A DNA stretch of 64,000 nucleotides from Limisphaerales bacterium (GTDB lineage Bacteria > Verrucomicrobiota > Verrucomicrobiia > Limisphaerales > UBA11358), in contig JBKQOA010000010.1 in the NCBI GenBank assembly GCA_052145735.1, positions 38,169 through 102,168 of the forward strand, written 5' to 3'. The position numbers were made by a program, and so were the translations under genes. Shown piece by piece: positions 59,553 through 64,000 of this stretch; within the stretch, counting starts at the first letter, position 1; each line of letters starts with the position of its first letter. The notes below the pieces were generated by a model. That model was not told the DNA's origin. It was given only the letters and a program-made list of their open reading frames with translations, and did no database searches.

Positions 59553-62363
59553 TTACCTCGGTTCCTCCTGACCCAGTGTCGACGGCGATTTGTCGGCGCT
59601 GGGTTGTTTTATTAACGGACGCCACCGGCCCAGCAAATTCAACAACGCCGGCAAAAGGGTCAATCCCGCAATCATGCACGCGGCAATCCCTGTCGCCATG
59701 ACACACCCCAAGCTGTGAATGCCGCGGTCTTTGGCGATGATCAGACTGCCGAAACCGGCGATGGCCGTCAACCCGGACACCAACACGGCCTTGCCCGTGC
59801 TGCGGGCCAGGATGTTCGGTGTGCGCTCTTCGGCAAAACGATTCAGGATTTGAATGCCATTCGTCACCCCGATGCCAATGACCAGGGGCAGGGTCATGAT
59901 GTTTGCCAGATTGACCGGAATGCCAAACCAGCCCATCAATCCCGCGAGCCAAAGCGTGCCAATGCCGACCGGCAACAAAGCCAGAATCACCGAGCCGAGG
60001 CTGCGAAAGTGGAACAAAACCAGCACGGCAATCGCCGCCAAAGAATACCAGGCCGCCTGGATGTAACTGTCTTTGAGCAGCTCCTCCAGTTCGTAAAGCT
60101 GCACCGGCGTGCCGGTGACATTGGGATCCACCGTCCGCAATTCAGCAATGAATTTTTCCTGATTCTCGCGCTGCCACATATTGTCTCGGGGAAAGATGTG
60201 CAGCAGGAACTTCCCGGTCACGCCCACAAATTGGTCGCGAAAGACCTGGGGCAGATCCTCCACGTGCAAAGGCGCGCTGTCATCCTGGTTTTGCAGCAAC
60301 TGGAACGTCGTACGCATGTCGTTGAACAGCGCCTGCTGAAATTGCGCCAGCTTGTCCGCGTGCTCCGCAAGCGTATTAGTGTCGCCTTGTAACATCGTCT
60401 TGCGCAAATCTTCAATCGCCTCGCGTAGCGAGACCAGATTCTTTGTCAGTTCCGGGTCGCTGGTACCCACCTCGTCCTTGGCCAGCCCCAAGTAGCCGTA
60501 AAGCCCATAAAGCGTCCGGCTGAACGCATAGACATCCACGGAACCCAAGTCCGGCGTGCCAAACTCCAGCGGCGCCAGTTCCTGCTTGATTTGGCCAATC
60601 AACTTGAGCTTCTCGGCGTTGCTCGAGTTCAGAAAGTTTTCAAAAAAACTGGCCGGGGGCTCGACATCCACCACCGTCGGCAGCTTTCTGATTTTTCCCT
60701 CCAAATCAATGGCCTGGGGCAGGGAATCGGCGACGACCGCAGCTTCCAGCATGGACTGGTCCGCCGCCAGCAGCTTATGCTCAAACACCACCGAGGGCAG
60801 TCCGGCACTCTGCAGTTTTTCCAGATTGTAATCAAAATAGACCTTGCGCGCCTGGACCAGCGCCAGGGCGCACAGGACGGCCATGATCACCATTACCAGC
60901 ACGGGGCGTTGCAACCATAAATTCTCGATGCGCGCGCGGGTGTCGTCTTCGGAAGACCGGTGATCCATGATGTTTTGCCGGCCGCGCAACAACAGGGCCG
61001 GCAACAACGTCATCATCGGAATGAAGCAGATCAACAAGCCGCCGCCACAGATGATGCCCATTTCCTGGATGCCCTTGAAATGGGTGAAATACATCGCCAG
61101 AAACGCTCCGGCCGTCGTCAAAGCGCCGGTGAAAATGCCCTGCCCGGTAAAAACCATCGCTTTCGTCAAGGCGGCTTCCTCCGTTTTGCCGTGCCGCAGC
61201 TCCTCCTCATAGCGGGTGATCAAATGCACACCATAATCAATTCCCAGTCCAATGAGCATCGGCACAAAGGGCAGCGTCAGGACGTTCAAATGTCCGACCA
61301 CCAGCGTGGTAAACGCCAGCGTGTAGGCCAGCCCGACCACCAGGCAGATTGTCGCCTTCACCGGCCGGCCGGTTTCATTGTATCCGTAGATGAAAATCAA
61401 CGCACAGAGCACCAGCGACAGGATGCTGGCGACGGTGATGTCTTTTTGCGACTGCATCGTTTCGTCGTAATCCAGCACCGGTTCTCCGATCAGCCCGACA
61501 TTGAGGCCGGGCACCTCGCTTTGGGTCTGCTGGAGGAGCTGGCGCAGGCGATCAATCGCATAACCATTCAATTCATCCTGCGTTTGCCTGACCGGCTGGC
61601 GCAAAGGTTCCGCAACCGGACTATTTGTTTCCGCATTGGGCACGTACGCGTTCACCAGAAAAATCCGGCCACGATCGAAGGTGATGTAGGTGTTCGTTTC
61701 GCTGCCCGCATTGAAAAGCGACGTGACACTGGGTGACGGCGGCGCGCCGGGCCTTCCCAGGCTGTCGGCCGCCTGCCTCACAATGCGCGTCAAAGCCGGC
61801 AGCGCCTGGACCAACGATTCCGTCTGGGCGTTCGTTTCCCGGGGTGCGGTGCGAAAGGCCGTGTTGACCTGGTCGAAAAACGAGATGAGATTCGTTGTCG
61901 GCGTAAACTGGCGGATGAACGGCAGGGTGTCGTCGAGTTTCCCTTTCAGCTCAATCAGATCATCCTCGTCAGCGAACAGCAGGGCCTTTGCCCCCATCAC
62001 CGACAGGCTTTGCTGGTAAAAAACGTCGCGGAACAGATTGGTTTCCGCCTGCATCTTCGCGGCGATGCGTTCCACAAACTGCCGGTTTTTCTCGAGGTCG
62101 TCGCTCTCCACCACCACCACGAGACGGTTGCCCTGCTGGGGAAATTCCTTCTGCAGTTTGAGAAAATTCTGATGGTACTTCTGGTTGGCCCCCACCAGGT
62201 TGTCCCGGTTCATGTCGGTCTTCAAATAGCCGACGGTGTAAAGGATGCTGGCCAGAAAAAGCACCGCTTGCGAGTAGATGAACCAACGCGGGTGGCGAAT
62301 GACTGCCGCCGCCAGCCTGGCCAGCAACCGGGCAAGAAGGGAATTGGCGCTTAATGCTTTCAT
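59553..62363 (-). CDS. RND-superfamily lipid exporter (MMPL / HpnN-like)
   Basis: 936 aa. Two blocks of about six TM segments, each preceded by a large soluble loop. N-terminus ...HPRWFIYSQAVLFLASILYTVGYLKTDMNRDNLV is typical of HpnN/MMPL exporters. Confidence 0.82.
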   Translation of the reverse strand: MKALSANSLLARLLARLAAAVIRHPRWFIYSQAVLFLASILYTVGYLKTDMNRDNLVGANQKYHQNFLKLQKEFPQQGNRLVVVVESDDLEKNRQFVERIAAKMQAETNLFRDVFYQQSLSVMGAKALLFADEDDLIELKGKLDDTLPFIRQFTPTTNLISFFDQVNTAFRTAPRETNAQTESLVQALPALTRIVRQAADSLGRPGAPPSPSVTSLFNAGSETNTYITFDRGRIFLVNAYVPNAETNSPVAEPLRQPVRQTQDELNGYAIDRLRQLLQQTQSEVPGLNVGLIGEPVLDYDETMQSQKDITVASILSLVLCALIFIYGYNETGRPVKATICLVVGLAYTLAFTTLVVGHLNVLTLPFVPMLIGLGIDYGVHLITRYEEELRHGKTEEAALTKAMVFTGQGIFTGALTTAGAFLAMYFTHFKGIQEMGIICGGGLLICFIPMMTLLPALLLRGRQNIMDHRSSEDDTRARIENLWLQRPVLVMVIMAVLCALALVQARKVYFDYNLEKLQSAGLPSVVFEHKLLAADQSMLEAAVVADSLPQAIDLEGKIRKLPTVVDVEPPASFFENFLNSSNAEKLKLIGQIKQELAPLEFGTPDLGSVDVYAFSRTLYGLYGYLGLAKDEVGTSDPELTKNLVSLREAIEDLRKTMLQGDTNTLAEHADKLAQFQQALFNDMRTTFQLLQNQDDSAPLHVEDLPQVFRDQFVGVTGKFLLHIFPRDNMWQRENQEKFIAELRTVDPNVTGTPVQLYELEELLKDSYIQAAWYSLAAIAVLVLFHFRSLGSVILALLPVGIGTLWLAGLMGWFGIPVNLANIMTLPLVIGIGVTNGIQILNRFAEERTPNILARSTGKAVLVSGLTAIAGFGSLIIAKDRGIHSLGCVMATGIAACMIAGLTLLPALLNLLGRWRPLIKQPSADKSPSTLGQEEPR

Positions 62364-62379
62364 GCCTCAGGTTGGCAGA

Positions 62380-63111
62380 TCACGTTTCGGGAAATTCGGC
62401 GTTGGAATACACTTCCTTCACGTCATCATGTTCCTCCAGCGCCTCAATCAATTTGTTGACGGCATTGATGGCTCCCGCATCCGTCAACGGCACGGTCAGG
62501 GTGGGCAGCCACGTGATTTCCGCCGCCTCGCACTTGATCCCCTTCGTTTCAATTTGTTTGTGCACCGCCTCAAACTTCCCCGGCCCGGTCAGAATTTCAT
62601 ATCCTTGCGGCTCGGCCTTGAAATCTTCCGCGCCCGCCTCCAGCGCCAGCTCCATCAACTGGTCCTCGCCTGCCGCTTCGCGTGAGACAATCATCTGCCC
62701 CTGGCGTTGAAACAGGCGGCTGACCGAACCCGGCGTCGCAATGCTGCCGCCGCCTTTGGTCACAATGCTCCGGATGTCCGACGCCGTGCGATTGCGATTG
62801 TCCGTGCTCACCTCCACGAGCAGCGCCACGCCGTGCGGCCCGTAAATTTCGTAGGTCAAATCCTCGAAGTTCGCGCCTTCGCCGCCCCCCGTGCCCTTCT
62901 TGATGGCGCGCTCGATGTTGTCGCGCGGCATGTTCGCCGTGCGACATTTGAGCAGCACCATGCGCAGGCGCGGATTCATGTCCGGATCGCCGCCGCCGAT
63001 TTTGGCGGCAATGGTGATTTCGCGGCCCAGCTTGGAAAAAATCTTTCCGCGCTTGGCGTCAATCGCGCCCTTGAAGTGCTTGACCTTGGCCCATTTGCTG
63101 TGTCCGGCCAT
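62380..63111 (-). CDS. yebC: YebC/PmpR-family transcriptional regulator
   Basis: MAGHSKWAKVKHFKGAIDAKRGKIFSKL canonical N-terminus. 243 aa. Confidence 0.93.
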   Translation of the reverse strand: MAGHSKWAKVKHFKGAIDAKRGKIFSKLGREITIAAKIGGGDPDMNPRLRMVLLKCRTANMPRDNIERAIKKGTGGGEGANFEDLTYEIYGPHGVALLVEVSTDNRNRTASDIRSIVTKGGGSIATPGSVSRLFQRQGQMIVSREAAGEDQLMELALEAGAEDFKAEPQGYEILTGPGKFEAVHKQIETKGIKCEAAEITWLPTLTVPLTDAGAINAVNKLIEALEEHDDVKEVYSNAEFPET

Positions 63112-63124
63112 TTTTTAGTGATGA

Positions 63125-63152
63125 GTTGAGGGTTGAAGGTTGAGAGTGAAGA
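63125..63152. repeat. tandem heptamer repeat (GTTGAGG-type)
   Basis: gttgagg/gttgaag/gttgaga/gtgaaga, four consecutive heptamers in the yebC / ybjQ spacer. Confidence 0.7.
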
Positions 63153-63178
63153 CAAGGTCTTTCCTCGACTCCCGGTTT

Positions 63179-63523
63179 TTATCTTTCACCTGCCTGCTCC
63201 ACATATACCGCCGTGCCATAACACAACACTTCGGTGATGCCCGCCGCGATCTCGGTGGCGTCATAGCGCACCCCGATGACGGCGTTGGCGCCGAGCTCTC
63301 CGGCATGGGTCAGCATCAGGTTGTAGGCGTCTCCCCGCGTCTGTTCGCAGAGATTGGTGTAAAGCGAGATGTTGCCGCCAAAAATCGCCTGGATGCCCGC
63401 GCCCCAGTTGCCGATGATCGAGCGCGACCGCACGATGATGCCGCGGACGACCCCGAATGATTTGGTCACCCGGTAACCGGGCAGTTCAAAGGCCGTGGTT
63501 GTCAATGGATGTGTCAGACTCAT
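63179..63523 (-). CDS. ybjQ: YbjQ-family (UPF0145) protein
   Basis: ATG at 63523 (MSLTHPLTTTAFELPGYRVTKSFGVVRGIIVRSRS...GANAVIGVRYD). Confidence 0.85.
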   Translation of the reverse strand: MSLTHPLTTTAFELPGYRVTKSFGVVRGIIVRSRSIIGNWGAGIQAIFGGNISLYTNLCEQTRGDAYNLMLTHAGELGANAVIGVRYDATEIAAGITEVLCYGTAVYVEQAGER

Positions 63524-63580
63524 AGGCCAACGATTGAACACGACCCCGCTGGTTGACAAAAGCGAAAAGTTCCCGGGTCC

Positions 63581-63997
63581 TCAGGGCGAAAGCCAGGCAA
63601 AAGCCGGCAAATTCCGCAAAACCGTAAATCCGATGGCGATGACAAGAAATGCCCACCAGACCTTTGCCGGCACCTCCCAGGTCGCTGGCTGCTTCCGCAT
63701 TTTTTGCACCACCCAGCGCACGCTCCCGGCCGCCAGCCCCGCGAGCATCAGCACCAACAGCGCGTTGTCGTGCAATGCGCGAACCAGGTGGCCGTGCAAC
63801 AATTGATACGCCGCCCGCGTCCCGCCGCAGCCCGGACAGTTCCAGCCGGTCAGTGAATGAAACAGACAAATGGGATAAAAACCGTGCTGGGCCGGATCGA
63901 AGAAAAACAAGACGGCGCCCGAACCCAGCACGGCCACGGTCAGCGCCGCCGCCACGAAAAACGCGGGCGACGATGACACGGCAATCTTCGGCGGCAC
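63581..63997 (-). CDS. DUF2752-family membrane protein
   Basis: CLFHSLTGWNCPGCGGTRA motif flanked by TM segments. The start (GTG at 63997) is near the window end and uncertain. Confidence 0.65.
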   Translation of the reverse strand: MPPKIAVSSSPAFFVAAALTVAVLGSGAVLFFFDPAQHGFYPICLFHSLTGWNCPGCGGTRAAYQLLHGHLVRALHDNALLVLMLAGLAAGSVRWVVQKMRKQPATWEVPAKVWWAFLVIAIGFTVLRNLPAFAWLSP

Positions 63998-64000
63998 GGA

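Overview
GC-rich bacterial chromosomal window, densely coded with about 60 protein genes. Gene content and repeat style suggest the PVC group or Verrucomicrobiota, but this is inference only. I saw no rRNA or tRNA genes, no CRISPR array, and no transposase or integrase. Most genes are housekeeping: tig, bioD, a complete tolQ-tolR-tolA-like-tolB-pal cluster, tatA/tatC, ispE, murJ, tyrS, ptsI, efp, nrdR, speA, dinG, mutS, ppx/CHAD/sixA, ispH, metF and yebC. Four things stand out. (1) A minus-strand envelope lipid-transport cluster combines an MMPL/HpnN-like RND exporter, a secreted protein built of about 20 WPLF-type repeats, and MlaE-MlaF-MlaD. (2) A tightly packed ispH / B12-radical-SAM / membrane-protein operon lies downstream of a membrane-protein + small winged-helix regulator pair, and both units are preceded by the same 15-nt palindrome. 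(3) Many short hairpin-forming repeat elements have arms made of 6-10 nt tandem sub-repeats. They fill intergenic spacers, and at least seven sit in frame inside coding genes (mutS, dinG, an aminotransferase, an anti-sigma-like gene, and both tandem TMTC-like paralogs). (4) A frameshifted GxxExxY gene is bounded by perfect 10-bp terminal inverted repeats, resembling a small cassette. Smaller observations include tandem NrdR-box-like palindromes in front of nrdR, a duplicated promoter module in front of speA and the neighbouring VOC gene, and a possible frameshift at the tolA-like start. All family assignments come from reading the translations by eye. No searches were run.
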